NCBI GenBank assembly: GCA_965649825.1
Contig: OZ287697.1
Location: 1,722,351-1,786,350 of the forward strand
DNA from: Penicillus capitatus
Lineage: Eukaryota > Plantae > Chlorophyta
Reading direction: 5' to 3'
Length of the DNA stretch: 64,000 bases
Numbering within the stretch: the stretch's first letter is position 1; every line of letters begins with the position of its first letter. The translations under genes and the position numbers were made by a program. The notes under the pieces were generated by a model. It was given only the letters and a program-made list of their open reading frames with translations. It did not search any database and was not told where the DNA came from. Positions 1 to 12,837 of the stretch are shown piece by piece.

Positions 1-982
1 CTTCGATGACAAAGTCTGTCAAGGTCACGTCGACGGCCCTACGTGTGAACGGTGCTGACATCGGTGCGACCGATGGAGCCAGCGCTTACCGAAATGTAAA
101 CAGTCCCTCGTTCTTCTGAGGACAGGTGAGCACGGTTCGCTTGTCAGAGATAGAAACGTTGACGTCGTCGTGCTCCCCTCGCCGGACGTAGCCGTTCATC
201 GTCAGTGGCCATGGAATAACGGTGCGCGAGGGAGGCCGGATCGTCTTCGTTATGTCGAGCAGCAGCAGCACGTCTCCTGGCCGAGAACAGTTGACGACGA
301 GCTGAAGGTCGTTCTCTATGTCGTTGAGAACTTCCGAGTTCAATAACCACTCTCCAGAAGCGGCGTTCCGGTAACGGCGACGCTGCTCCGCTGACAGATG
401 ACAGGCGACATCTGCGCAACGAAGATGGAACGTTTCAGTCGAGTCAGGAGGGCGCAGATCGAATGACGTTACCTGCCGTTTCCAGAGTCGTGAAAGATTC
501 TTGGAGCAACGTACGATGACGCTCCCGTACCTACGCAAAAAATAAGCAGCTGTTATTACACCATTTCAGTCAACGGATGGCAGAACTCACGAAGTGTGTC
601 AGCGTTTCGGTCTGGACTGCAGTGTCCAGTGGTAGAAGTTGGTCAGAACCTGTCCCATCTTCTGCGATAACACGAACAAAGAGTTTTGCTACAGGAAAAG
701 TGTCTTCTTGCCAGAGAGCGACGCTGTCTGTGTCAACTGCAGCTGCGTCGACTCAGGGACGCCCAAGTCATCCGCGAGTACGCAGAGGATGATACTCATC
801 ACTGACAGGCCGCAGAAGACAAGAGCACGTTTCTGACATAAGGGTGAAGAGAAAACCGCCATGTAGCCTCGCGTAAAGGGTTTCTTGCTGAACTCGATCA
901 GACGCTGCAACGGTCGAATAAACAGTCGTTGTATCAACAAACTCAAGATCAGAATGAGGAAGTTTATACAGAAGATGCGCAT
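1..982 (-). CDS. 5' part of a Pmp-like beta-helix/multi-TM family gene, running off the left edge; multi-exon
   Basis: ORF 86..538 encodes the family N-cap (DLQLVVNCSRPGDVLLLLDITKTIRPPSRTVIPWPLT...EGLFTFR), as in the copies at 20.6, 39.2 and 59.9 kb. A GT-AG intron at 39..89 occupies the same position as in those paralogs. A hydrophobic signal-like start MRIFCINFLILILSLL begins at 982 (start inferred). Confidence 0.7.
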
Positions 983-2505
983 CTGCCAAATCGTGCATTA
1001 GAGGATCAATTTTTCCGATTCCACTTCTCGAGAAGAAAGCGTTGCCCGCGCCATTAGAGCAGAGATTGAATCTAAAGCAATCATTCGATGATTTTTAGCC
1101 TTCGATATTTCGCGCAGTTCCACGTCGCGATGCAGGAAAACAAGAAAGTGGTTCCACAAATGCGTTCTGTCAATGTGACGACTACGAGAGATCTACGGTA
1201 ATGACCCCCAACGAAACGGTTTTGCAATTCGCAGCCTTTCGACTATGATAATCTGAAACAGCCAAAGGCAAACACGGAGGACGTTCGTCTTCTTGAATTC
1301 TATTGTGTGAAAGGACAGAACGCTGTTCTATAACAGATCAGACGTTCCCTTTGTTCAATTAGTCTTGTCGAAAAGGCACCTCCACTTAAACTGAAACGCA
1401 ACTCGCCCTTATTTTTAGAATGCCTCCGGGGCAGGTAGACATTAATGCGACCAATAGGATGACATAATCAACTGTCCACACAGCACTTGCGCACATCGCG
1501 GACGTGGATATAGGTAACTGGCGACACACTGCCAGATTGAAGGCCTATCCATCCGTTGCCCCAGCAAACCACCCATAGGAGACAAGCTAGATCTGAACTT
1601 CGAATTAGCACCATCAAGCCACACTGTGGTCGGAGCAGCACACTACCAGCGCCGCCGGACTGAACGATACAAGGGACGCATACTGGTATGACCATTCCCT
1701 GATCATCGCTCCCAGTGCGAATCAGTCATTGTAAGTTTCAATAAGCGCTCTGTCACTCCCTTGTATGCTGCTTTACCTACCTACGTTATCAAGCAGCCAC
1801 ATTCAAGCACGAAAGTAAAAAGACTGGAAGCTTTCACTACGTTGGTCAGTTCGCAACGCACGTAAACTCGTGCGCTGCACAAAGGATAGATGATATTGCA
1901 CGTGAGGAGGCTCCGTCTTCAGGGGCAAGTCAACCCTCGGGAAGGAAGTTGTGACGATGTCCCCTTCGTCTTCCTCACGCAAGAAAGTTCGCGTTCCCAT
2001 TCAGCCTCTCTCTCTATTCGTCATATTGCCGCGAAAACTAACAGACGGAAATGCTTCCTTGTGTTGTTGATGCCTTCGTGTACGGTATGGCTGTTCATCT
2101 ACTTCCCCTGTCACATCGCGGGATCGTCATTCTCAAGCCAAGATGAAGCGTTAATCGACAGACTGTCACATAACATGAGACAATTTCGTGCTTTTCTTCG
2201 GATAAATTCTTCCGGTTGCCAATTAAAGATGCGAGATCATAGATCAAATTTCCACCAGTTCCTATGAATTATTATTGCATAAAGCTTCTCACAATTCAGG
2301 GCAGCTTAAGCAACGAAAACAATGACTCGACAACAAAACAGAACATTATTGACGATCAAACAGTAACAGGACAGATGAATGACGACAGAGAAACACAAAT
2401 GGACAGTAACGCAATGAAGCCAAAATAAAACATTGATGAAACGGACAGACGAACGATCAGACTTATGCTGCGTACATGATACACATGTCGAGAGGGGTGA
2501 TGCAT

Positions 2506-5500
2506 TTAGGCACGTCCGGTATTATCTGGGGCTGTCGGGACAGGATGCCCCATCATGCGATTAAGAAGTCGATCCAGAGCTCTGGGGCAGCGCGATCGCA
2601 CATATACCTTTATCACGTGAAAGAATCCTTTCTCTGGATCGTAGTCAATGTTTTCAGCTTCTAAGATAGTTCTCAAATACTCGGCAGCAGCTTTGAAAAA
2701 TATAATGCCAAAAAACCCAACGATGCCCAAGTTTGCAAAGAGCAGAAAAATCGTCAGAAGGACTCGGACAGCATCCGAGGTACGGTCGTCGTTGAAGAAA
2801 AGGCCAGAGACGAATGTCAGCGAGCAGATGAGCAATGAAAGACCTTCGTATTCGTTAAGTGCTGCAAATTCTGAACGGAAGGGCTCGCAGACGATCTGAA
2901 AGTAAAGAGCAAACATCAGGACGCAGACACCCAGCACACCCTGCAGATTACCCCCGAGGGCGTAGGAGAAAACAACCACCACTGCTAAGATGGCCTTACG
3001 CAACATGATGACCGATTCCCAGTAGACGTACTTCGTCTGGTAGGCACGGTACATGAAACCGGTCGCCTCGAACAGCCACTCGCTCTCCATGTTGTGTCTC
3101 TTTCTCTCGAGCACCAGCAGCGCAGCGACGGCGGCGGGAAATCCGAAAGAAAAGATGATGAGGACGGGCCAGCCAATGAGGCCGGCAAGCACAGCATGGG
3201 AACCTTCATAGCATCGCAGAGACGTGTCCACTGCCCAGTAGGCATGCGTCGCATTCGAACCGAGCTCCAGTGAATCGTAGACATCGATGCAGGACAGGGC
3301 GTTGACAGCGGTCTTGGTGATGGCGATGTACGAGAGGTAGGAAACTGCCATGAAGCTGAGGATGCAGCGCTTGGCCAAGTAGCTGATGGTCTCGTTGAGG
3401 CGTGTGAAGGCAATGAACCAGGTGACAAAGTAGAGGCCTGACACCAGCATCGGTACCATGATGCTGACCACGGTGTGTATCGCCGATCGGGGAATGGCGG
3501 AATCCTTGGAGACGAGACAGTCCACGGAACGGGTCGCTGCTTCCGATGCCACACCGCCGAGAAACTCTGCAGTGACAGTTCGACTGCCCATCAGACAAAA
3601 ACAAGAATGCGGTGAAAACCTACCGGCTGTTTCAAAGATGCCGATGAGTGCCTCTGTCCAATCCACATTGATCGAGACAGCAACCGCAATCACTTGCAAG
3701 TAATTGATCGTTATCTAGATGAGATAATATGTGTGCGAAGAGTGAGAGTGGTACTGTTACCTTGAAGATTTCGACGGCCTTCCACTTGGCAAGCTGCTGG
3801 ATGTCGTTTCTTGGTTGCTCGGGCTCTTCTGGCGTCGGCGATCGCGGTGGCGACGGGGGAGTTGGTTGGAACCTGGACGACGCAAGGAACTCGGAGGGTG
3901 CGTGTCCCATACGCAGCATCTCGACGGTTTGCATGTTAAGTGCATGAGGTATTGCATTGGGCGACTCTCGCTTCTCTTCAGGAGCACGCGGAGGGGAAGT
4001 GGTCTCTATCGGCAGAATTGGCTGAGTCCCTTGCTGTCGATTTATATCTCTGATCAGTGTCTTCTTCGAAGGAAGACTGCTGCGGATGGCAAAGGTACTG
4101 AGAATGAGAAGAATGATGATAGAGATGAGCACCACCATGAAACTGCTGAACCCAACACGACAGGGCTCGCAACGGAAGGAACGCGTGCGGCCGTAAGAAG
4201 CCTCACAAGAACCGCACAGAGGACCTCTGTAACCCTATCGAGCAACAGAGGCGTCATACAACCATCAGGACTCCATGGCTGATGCGGGATACATACCTCG
4301 CGACATTGGACGTCGGCATAGCTCTGAATGAAGGGCTCGGAAAACTGGCACTCTTCGACGGTCGCTGCAAGCTTGTGCAGTTCTTTCGTTCTGTTCTTTT
4401 CGTCACAGGCGCGCTTTGTCAGACACTCTTGTATGTGATCTGAGCACGGGGTTCGATGCCAGTACCCAGAATCCGGGAGAATGACGACCGTGTCACAGTC
4501 GGCGTTGTCTGGGCACGACTGGCATCCTGGATCGGCACGATCTGGGAAGAAGTTGTAGGTGTTGCCGTTGCAGGGCTGACAGATGGTCCCGTTGGCCGCC
4601 ACAGCCTCGCCGATCGAACATCCTCGGATCTCGACGACAATGGTGAAGGGCGGAATGCTCTTCTCGCTAAAATCCACGCGGACGTTATAGAATCCAGCTT
4701 CGCGGTATCCAGCCACTCCTGAGAAGTTTCCTACCCCTTCGTCCAGTCTTACGCCGATGGATCCAGAGAACAGGCGATCAGGAGATGCCATAGTTGCCAC
4801 AACCGTGTCGTTTCCGGCACCGCTGGCGGGTCCCTGTCCCAAAGCATCCACTACCTCGACGTATAGACTGGGGATCTGCGTTCCACTGACATGGTTTCGC
4901 ACAAAGTATCGATTGCCTTTGACTTCCTCTTCGAAATCCCGATCTTCATAACGGATCACTTTTTTGACACGGCGAGCGTAAGAGGCCAGAGTGTTCCCGT
5001 AAACATCTGCTTCGTTTCCTTTCCACTTGGCGCAGATGCGGTCAAAGGAGTTGAGGATGTCCAGAGATTCGAATTCCTTCTTCGTCACGTAGCGATGAGA
5101 ATAACGGCGCGATCTGTTGGAGCAGCGAACACGGATGGCATTGAGATCGCTCGAGAGAATGGCGCCGCCTGCCGATGATGCTTGGTTTCCAGTGAAATGT
5201 GCGCTTCGCAGAGCGAGGAAGGTGCAGTTGGCGTTGTGTGCCGTGCAGTCCTTCCCCCCGTCTGCCGTTACCAGATGAATGGCCCCTGTTGAACACCGTA
5301 ACGACGACGGAAGAGATGAGGGCTGATCGATTACCTCCGAGAATCCCCCGGTTGTCTGAGAAGGTGCAGTTGTCGCACTGATAGGCGAGGAGTTGCGTCT
5401 TTTCTGATTCGATGTTGACAGCACCTCCCTTTCCGACGGCGAAGTTGTTATCGAACGCACAGTTGGTGCACAGCATGGACGATGAAACGTTGGCATGGAT

Positions 5501-8500
5501 CGCTCCCCCGTCAATGGACGCCCGGCATCCGATAAAGCGCACCTCGTCAGCCCAGAGATAAGACTCGTGCAGTTTTAGCGCTCCTCCCGACTTGGCACGA
5601 TTGGAGACGAAACTGGAACGGGAAATTGTCACAAAGCTGCCAGTTGCTGCATACAGACCGCCGCCCATGAAGGTGCTGGATCCGTTGATGACATCGACAC
5701 CATCCAGATTCAGTCGACCATCGAATACGGCAAACGCGGCTCCACGAATCGCTTCATTTTCCAGAAATCTTCCTCCTTGGACAGTCAGATTGCTGTGGTC
5801 TGCATTTGCCATTCCTCCATTTATCAAGGCGGAGTTGTTGTATGCATAACATGCTTCCATATGCCCGTCAGAATTATCCCTTAAGAATACCCCTCCGCCA
5901 AGTGGCGAGACATTCTGAATGAAAGAGACATTCGTCAGTCGGAGCGAACTTGCATCGTCTGCCATAACTCCGCCGCCAATGCTATCAGCAGTATTCTTGA
6001 AGAACGTCACATCATTGGCAAACAAGCTCGATGCTGTCGAGTGGATGCCTCCGCCATTGTCCTTGGCAAAGTTGTCTGACAAATCGGTGGATCGAATCGT
6101 CACGGCGGATTCGCTCAAAGTTAGAGCGCCTCCTGAGGTGTTCGTTTTGCACGCATTCACGACCGAGTTCGTCAAGTAGAGGATGCTTAAGTGCACCGAG
6201 ATCCCGCCACCGTAAGAGGCTTCCGAATGACTGAATCTTGAATCTGTGAGATTGGCACGCCCCTCAAAGACCGCAATACCGCCGCCAAAGCTGTCCGTTA
6301 TGCACGAAGATGTCGTGACATTGACAAACGTCACGGTTGAATTGTGTACAACCATGCCGCCTCCTGTATTTGTGGCCGAATTCGAGGCGACGATCGAATT
6401 GGTCACCAGCATATCGGACAATCCAACCAGATACAGTCCGCCACCTTGACTACTGGCGATGTTCTGAATGACACGGGATTGCTCCAGTGTTACTTGAGAT
6501 TCCGTTCCAGCGGACAAGGCGCCTCCAAAACTGGCGGCGTTGGCCTCGAAGAGGCAGTCAACGACACTTACAGTGCCGTTGGTGGTAGCGAGACCTCCAG
6601 CTGAGTCTACAGCGGAATTGGCATGGAAGACAACGCCGCTGAACTGAGCAGAGGAGTCTTTTACGCAGCTACCTGCACCGTCCTCTCCAGTGTTCTCTTC
6701 AAAAACGGAGTCCCGAAATGCTGCGTATGCTCCTTCGACGAGGGCACCTCCACCACACTCTGTGGCTGCGTCGTTTAACGTCCATGTCACATTGGTGAAG
6801 GTCGCCAAACAGTTTGCAATCACATTGCTGCCTCCACCTCCTTTCTCAGCTCTGTTCTGTCGAAATGTGGATCTTCGGACAGTGAGACGACCGTCTGTTC
6901 CGCAAGTCATGCCACCTCCGTAGCCCTCGGCAGCATTAGCCTCGAATGTGCAGTTGGCGATGGTGATATCTCCTTCTTGCATGTAAAAGCCTGCCCCAGA
7001 TGTCGCTTGATTGCGAGAGACAACCGTGTCTTCGATCTGCAGATCGACTTCGCCGAATTCGCCACCACCGCCGAAGCCTGTAGCGTTATTGCCGAGGAAA
7101 CGACATCTGGCGATATTCGCAAAGTTGGTCGACGCAACCGAAATCCCTCCGCCGTCTTCTGTTGCCAAATTTCCCTGAATGAGGGAGTCGTTCATCGCGA
7201 TCGAAGTCTTCCGGAGATGGAGACAGCCACCGACGGCTGCCGAGTTGAACTGACATGTCAGATTTCGCAAAGCGGCTGGAGAGGAGTCGCGGATGTCGAC
7301 AGCTCCTCCGTTACTCGATGCCGTGTTGCTGCGGAAGACGGTTCTCTCGATCGACAACGTTGTCTCTTCCACGTAAATCGCACCACCACTGATGTCTGCG
7401 CCATTCCTCTCGAATTCGGAATCGACCACTTCCACTTCGCCGCCGCCCACGATGCAAATGGCTCCCCCATCGTCAGCAGTGTTCTGAACGAAAGTGCTTT
7501 GTCGGATCTTCAACGTATCTGTGGCGTTCGAGAGGATGCCCGCTCCGGCGAGCGCTGGAACGAGGTTCTCGGAGAATGTGCAGTTTCGGACGTCGACGGT
7601 GAGGCAGCGGAAGAGGTGAACGGCTGTCCCGCCGACGGATCCTCTGTTCCGTTCGAAGTTCGAATCTCGGAGGGAGATGCTGGACCGGTCGGCGAAGAGA
7701 CCTGCACCCAGCAGCGCATTGCCGTCTTCGAAGCTGCATCGGCGGATGTCGGCTTCGGCGACAGTGAGGTAGACGCCGGCACCGTGCGCTTCGCCTTCTG
7801 TGTTGTCGATCTCTCTGTTCCGACGGAAGATCGAGTCCCTCATCTGCACCTCTCCGCGATGCACGTGCACAATGGGACCGTCGTTCTCCGATGCTACGAT
7901 GCTTCGAAGCGTCGTGCTGGATTCTGGAGGGGCGTAGAGGATGGCCGGAACGCCAGGCGCATCGATCTGCCTGTTGTCACGGATCCGAACGTTCGTCAGT
8001 TCGTTCTGGTTCGAGAGCACGGCGGCGCAGCGTCCAGAGCATGTGTTGCCCTCGAAGAGGACGTCGACCATCTCGACTGAGGAGCATGACTCCTCGTTCA
8101 GGAGCACGGCGACGGTGCCGTTGAGCTGATTCCGACGGAACACCACGTGATGCAGCTGGATGGTGCCGCGGTCGTCGTCGTCGTCGCATGCCCCGACGTC
8201 GATGATGGCGGTCGACTCGTCAGCGTTCAGGGCGCATTCCGCGAAGGCGAGATTCGCAAACAGGACGTCCGGAGACCTGAACTCCCAGACCTCATCGGAA
8301 TCGGTCGGCCATAAGGAATGATGCTCACCTCACGAGGAACAGGCTTTGGACATCGGGCTGGCAGATGAACGTCGTCTTCCGTCGAGTCTCTGGGAAGACG
8401 CCCTCGACGAGGTCGGTGTCCGGAGTGTCGGCAGTCAGTGTGAGTGACCAAGGAAGAGTGATCTGGCCAGAAGGTCGAAGTGTGTCGGAGACGTCGAAGA

Positions 8501-9064
8501 GAAGAGTGTCTCCCTCCTCGGAGCAGTTCACGATCTCCTGCAGATCTTCGTCGATGTCTCCCCAAAGCTCATCGTCGATGCGCCACGTTCTCGAACCGCC
8601 ATCCAACGCGCGGTCGATCACTCTTTCCGACAGATCGCACTCTGCAGACGACACACCTCACGCCGGCGACAGTTCTGCTGCTGCCGTACCGAAATCTCCG
8701 CCGAAGAAGTCCAACAGCTGGTGCAGTTTCCTCTGGGGCCGTGGGGTCTGGCGAAGAGATGGGAAGTTAGAGTGAGATGGATCGAAGGCGAATGTCGCAC
8801 TTTGAAGTGCTGTTCTTCGAAACGCTCGCTTCGCTGGGGGCGGATGTCGACCGAAGCCTTTCCTAAACAGCAGCACGCCCTCGCGCACGTTCTTCGTTTA
8901 AGGGCGAAGCTGCGCCCAAGACGGAAGCTGACGGGAGGTCAGTGGAGAGAGCTACCTGACTTCAGGACGGCGAGAGACAACGCCTCCAACCCTTGAGCAA
9001 GCAACAGGAAGCACAGCGCCGTGTGCACCGGACTCCTCCGTAATGAGTCGTAGTCGCGTCGCAT
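2506..9064 (-). CDS. Large Pmp-like (GGA[ILV]/FxxN) right-handed beta-helix protein with Cys-rich region and C-terminal multi-pass TM domain; multi-exon
   Basis: Exonic ORFs are 8325..8654 (N-cap), 5042..8146 (many GGAI/FxxN repeats), 4054..5514 (CQPC/CQSCPDNADC), 3632..4138 and 2506..3699 (about 7 hydrophobic helices, YWESVIMLRK). A signal-like start MRRDYDSLRRSPVHTALCFLLLAQGLEALSLA begins at 9064. The exact 5' exon joins are unresolved. Confidence 0.85.
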
Positions 9065-9361
9065 TGGTCAAAAAGTCAGAAGCCAAATTACCTGTGAACT
9101 GTCTTGTCACGGGGATTAAGTTGCAAAAGAGGCCAACCAAGAGTAACCGTCAGCTCAGAACCCGCAACGCCTTCCCGGACCTAGAGAACGCCTCACGGCA
9201 GTGACCACGACAGCAGCGTCGAACAAGAAGCATCAGCACCAGTGACGTCGATGATCGCCCTCGGCTGGCATCCCTTGTGTCTTGCCCCGCGTTGTTCGTC
9301 ATTTAAGGGAACCATCAGAATCATTAGCAGGGCAATTGATTCTTCCTTAGCTGTTGAGCGG

Positions 9362-10344
9362 ATGGGATACCACGACCTTGTACTTGACCGACACGTGCTG
9401 CTATGGGTGTTCATTCCGCTCACCTGCGCCGTCGTGCTGATGATGCTCCTGCGACAGTACGTCAGTAAAGTGCGTCGCCTGTCTTCGCCGCTCCCAATCC
9501 GACGCCGCGCGTGCCGACAGCTGATATCCCTCGGCAACGAAGGGCGCAAACAGGATCTCAGAGAGATACGCGAAGCTCAGGCCGTCGCCAAAAGCCAGAA
9601 GCTCCGCGACCAGGGCGCATGGATCCCACACGGCGCCTTCGTGAAGCGCAGGACGCAGCTCTGTTCTCAGGACAGTGGGATCCTCTACCAGAAGGTCGAA
9701 TCCAGATCGCTGCAGGAGACCTTTGCCACGGATCCATCCATGATGGTCAACATGCTGAAATCGCAGCTGACGGGACTCATTCCTCAGGCAACGACAGACA
9801 GACAGACGCCCCATCTGTCGTGCGATCCTTGCGTTCGGTGCAGATCATGATGGGCGCCTGGGTGAACTACTTCTTTGCTGGATTCGTCTTGGGCCGGGTG
9901 CCCTTTTCGTTGAGTCCCCGCTTTCGCCCGATGCTGCAGGTGAGGCGCATTCTCCGGCGCTCTTTGGAGGTGCTGCTGTGCAGAGGGGCATGGACATGCA
10001 GGCGTTGGACGTGTCTTACTTCACCGGACTGTCCTACTACATCCTGCTGCTCTTCGGAATGCGCGGCGTCTTTTCGCTGTTCTTCCGCGAAGACACGATC
10101 GACGACACGCAGCTCATGAGGCGTCAGATGAACCCCATGTCCAACATGGGACCGGGAGGAGATACGCAGAAGGCCTTTGCAAACGAAAAGGACCAACTGG
10201 AACTGGTAAGCATCGTATTGGACGTCCTCGCTGTCTAAACGGCGCCATCGACAGTACGAGCACCACTGGCGGTTACAGAAAGCGGAGCGACGTGCCACAT
10301 CCCTTCTGAAGCGGCTGCTGGAGATGCCGCCCGTCACATCATGA
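9362..10344 (+). CDS. EMC3: ER membrane protein complex subunit 3 (TMEM111/DUF106 family), 5 exons
   Basis: The spliced product reads MGYHDLVLDRHVLLWVFIPLT...IMMGAWVNYFFAGFVLGRVPFSLSPRFRPMLQRGMDMQALDVSYFTGLSYY...EHHWRLQKAE, matching EMC3 motifs. Introns are 9470-9520, 9788-9843 (GC-AG), 9940-9983 and 10206-10254. Confidence 0.93.
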
Positions 10345-11477
10345 ACGCCGCCGCCCTTTGAGCAAGATGGAATGCCAGTGGCCTGTGGCGATGTCTCTGC
10401 AGTCCGAATCGACAACGACTGGCTCAGAGATGCAGGACGATGCGAGATCGCGTGACACTTGTTGCAAGGCATTCCAGCCCCACCCATAGACGACGCCCGC
10501 TTTCGACAGCGCCATCGTGTGACGCGCCCCGCAGCACACCTGAACCCAACCACCCCTTCCGCACCGCCGTTGCTCCACTCTCGCACTTTGACGATATCCG
10601 CGTGTTCCAACAGAGGCGCGTCGACGAGGGCAGGCAGAGGATGCAGCACCTGTTCCGCCACGCCCAACTGTCCATCGGCATTGGACCCCCATCCGTACAC
10701 GTCGCCGCTCGCTAGACACACCGAGCGTGCGATCCGGTGCAGGGAGAGAGTTCTGCGGGACCTGAGAGCGCCATGGTGTGATGCAGTCCGGCCGAGACGG
10801 ACTGCACTTCCACACCTCCCATCTCCTTCACGTGCCGCGGCTCCGGGATGTCTTCCTTGGAGATCTGTCCGCATTCTCCGTGCAGATTGCATCCCCAGCA
10901 GAACACCGCTCCTCTCTGCGTGACGGCACAGCTGTGCACCATGCCGCAGGCCACCCAACGCACGGGCTCCGTGGCCAGCAGATCTCCCTCGTCGCAACCC
11001 GGTCCCAGAACACGATGCAGGGATGCCGCTGTCACATCACGCCTGCCGATGCCCAGACAGCCATTGCGATTCTCGCCCCAAGACCAGACGGAGCCATCCT
11101 CCATCGCGCACAGCACATGACCCTCACCTAAACCCCCTGCCACCTGCCCCGCTCGAAAGGGTGATGCCTTCACCTGCTGCGATTCGACAGACGTTCGTCC
11201 AGCGAGGAAGCTCCAAGAGGACGGGATGGGACGTGTCGCACGGAGTGGTCGGCAGGACGCGGAGGCGACGGTCGCCGCGTCTCGTTAAGCAGAGCGTCTG
11301 CCATCCGAGACATCCGACGACCACGTCTTCGTGTTTCTCGGACGACGCCCCCCACATCCGCAGTTCTCCGCCATCGAGGACGGCGCCGCTGATCCCCCAT
11401 CCGCCGAGGAGAAGCGTCGCGAACGGAGGCAGGACCGCAGGGATATCGGTTAGATACCCGTGCCCGATCAATTGCAT
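10339..11477 (-). CDS. RCC1-repeat (beta-propeller) protein, 4 exons
   Basis: Repeated RCC1 motifs: AAGEGHVL...VWSWGEN, VACGMVHS...VFCWGCN, VSAGLHHT...VYGWGSN, VCCGARHT...VYGWGWN, IATGHWHS. There are three short GT-AG introns (e.g. 11128-11173). The start at 11477 is inferred. Confidence 0.85.
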
Positions 11478-11511
11478 TACGCGTTGTGTCGTTTCGTTTC
11501 GGGAATCAGGA

Positions 11512-12384
11512 ATGGGGTCGGACGCTCCGAGCGGGTTCATCTTCGGCTGCACGAACGCGACGGAAGCGGAGTGTCGGGCGAAGAAGCTCTTTGGACTGCC
11601 CCCGCGTCACATCCACGCCGTTTCCAAGATTCCTCCGGGGACGCCCGTGTTTCTCTACAACTACGAAGCTCGCGTTCTGCACGGGGTATTCGAGTCGAAG
11701 TGCAAGGGAGGGTGGGAACTGGATCCGATAGCGTGGAGCGGCAGATTTCCGGCCCAGATCCGAGTGCGCGGAATCGGGATCTACCCGCACAAGGGCGAAT
11801 GTCTCGTCGCCGACGTTTTCTCCGAAGCCATCCGCAGGAACTACTTCTCGAAGACGCGGTTCACTTACGCCCTGTCCGAGAGACAGGTCGCGAAACTGCA
11901 GAGGCTCTTCTACGAGGCTGGATGGCAGCCGTCGTGGTCGGCCAGGTGGATGCGGCACAGGCATGAGACCCGTCGCGAGAGGGCGCAGAGGAGGAAGACC
12001 GAGACGCTGTCCTCCGGCGGGGTGCGAAAGAAATCGACGAAGCTGCGAAGAAGCCCCCGTGGCTGCGCGTCACCGGAGATCCAGAACCGACGCAGATCGA
12101 CATCCCCGTCATCCATCAGGACGGACGCGATGGATTACGTCATGGACTGCGATGTTCCTCCCCCAGTCGATGCGAAAGCTCCCAGCGCTTTGTTCGATCC
12201 CGCGCTGCTGCCTCAGCGCGAAGAAAACCACTCCGTCGCGAAGGCGGAGACTGCAACAGCCACTGTGCCGTCGGCGCCTCCGGAGAAGAAAGGACGGCCC
12301 GATGTGGCACATCTGGTCCACGAGATGGAAAACGTGTGCTCCTGCGTCGATCTGCCCATGCGTCCTACTCGGTGTGTTGTCTAG
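11512..12384 (+). CDS. DCD (development and cell death) domain protein with basic low-complexity C-terminus
   Basis: GFIFGCTNATEAECRAKKLFGLP...IPPGTPVFLYNYEARVLHGVFES...AWSGRFPAQIRV...F.YALSERQVAKLQRLF is a typical DCD signature. The ATG at 11512 is in frame with ORF 11023..12384. Confidence 0.85.
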   Translation: MGSDAPSGFIFGCTNATEAECRAKKLFGLPPRHIHAVSKIPPGTPVFLYNYEARVLHGVFESKCKGGWELDPIAWSGRFPAQIRVRGIGIYPHKGECLVADVFSEAIRRNYFSKTRFTYALSERQVAKLQRLFYEAGWQPSWSARWMRHRHETRRERAQRRKTETLSSGGVRKKSTKLRRSPRGCASPEIQNRRRSTSPSSIRTDAMDYVMDCDVPPPVDAKAPSALFDPALLPQREENHSVAKAETATATVPSAPPEKKGRPDVAHLVHEMENVCSCVDLPMRPTRCVV

Positions 12385-12837
12385 TTGCTGCAGACGGAGA
12401 TCTCTTGAAGGCGAATAACGAAAGACGGACGGACGGACGCGGTTGCGAAAACGAAGCTCAGTTGCATGTGTCAGTTGCATGTGTGTCATCCATCGAACGA
12501 TCGTTCTTTTCTTTTCGAAACGTTTGCACCTTCGATTTTGAACACTAGGCGAGTCCGAGGCGTCGAGAATTCGATTTTGTTAACGGGCGAAGGGCAAAGG
12601 GCGCGTCGCTGCGACGGGATCGTCGTCGAGAGATCGTCATCTCTGCACACCGCACGACGTCACTTCATCTGGTCGGCGAGACCTCCACAGACGTGTCGCT
12701 AATCGCCTTCTTTCATGGCGGTTAGTCTGCGTTGACTGTCTGCCCGTTCGCTCCTCTGCTTTGGTGTCTTCCACCGCGTCGCGGTCAACGACTCGCCGTC
12801 CGGCGTATCTCCGTCGCGTCTTGGACGATTGGACGTC

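Noticed and set aside
6977-8080. Long antisense or alternative-frame ORFs over the receptor genes (also 30306..31424, 31928..33679, 32557..33825, 34287..35789)
   Set aside because: They are shadows of GC-rich coding sequence, with no motifs and Arg/Ser/Pro-rich composition.
5042-8146. Bacterial Pmp autotransporter or contaminant/HGT contig
   Set aside because: The genes contain spliceosomal introns, lack a C-terminal beta-barrel and sit beside EMC3/RCC1/DCD.
9867-10997. 376-aa minus-strand ORF
   Set aside because: It crosses RCC1 introns and the antisense of EMC3. The RCC1 motifs lie in other frames joined by splicing.
11023-11511. N-terminal extension of the DCD ORF
   Set aside because: It is the antisense of RCC1 exons and low in information. 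The DCD domain starts right after ATG 11512.
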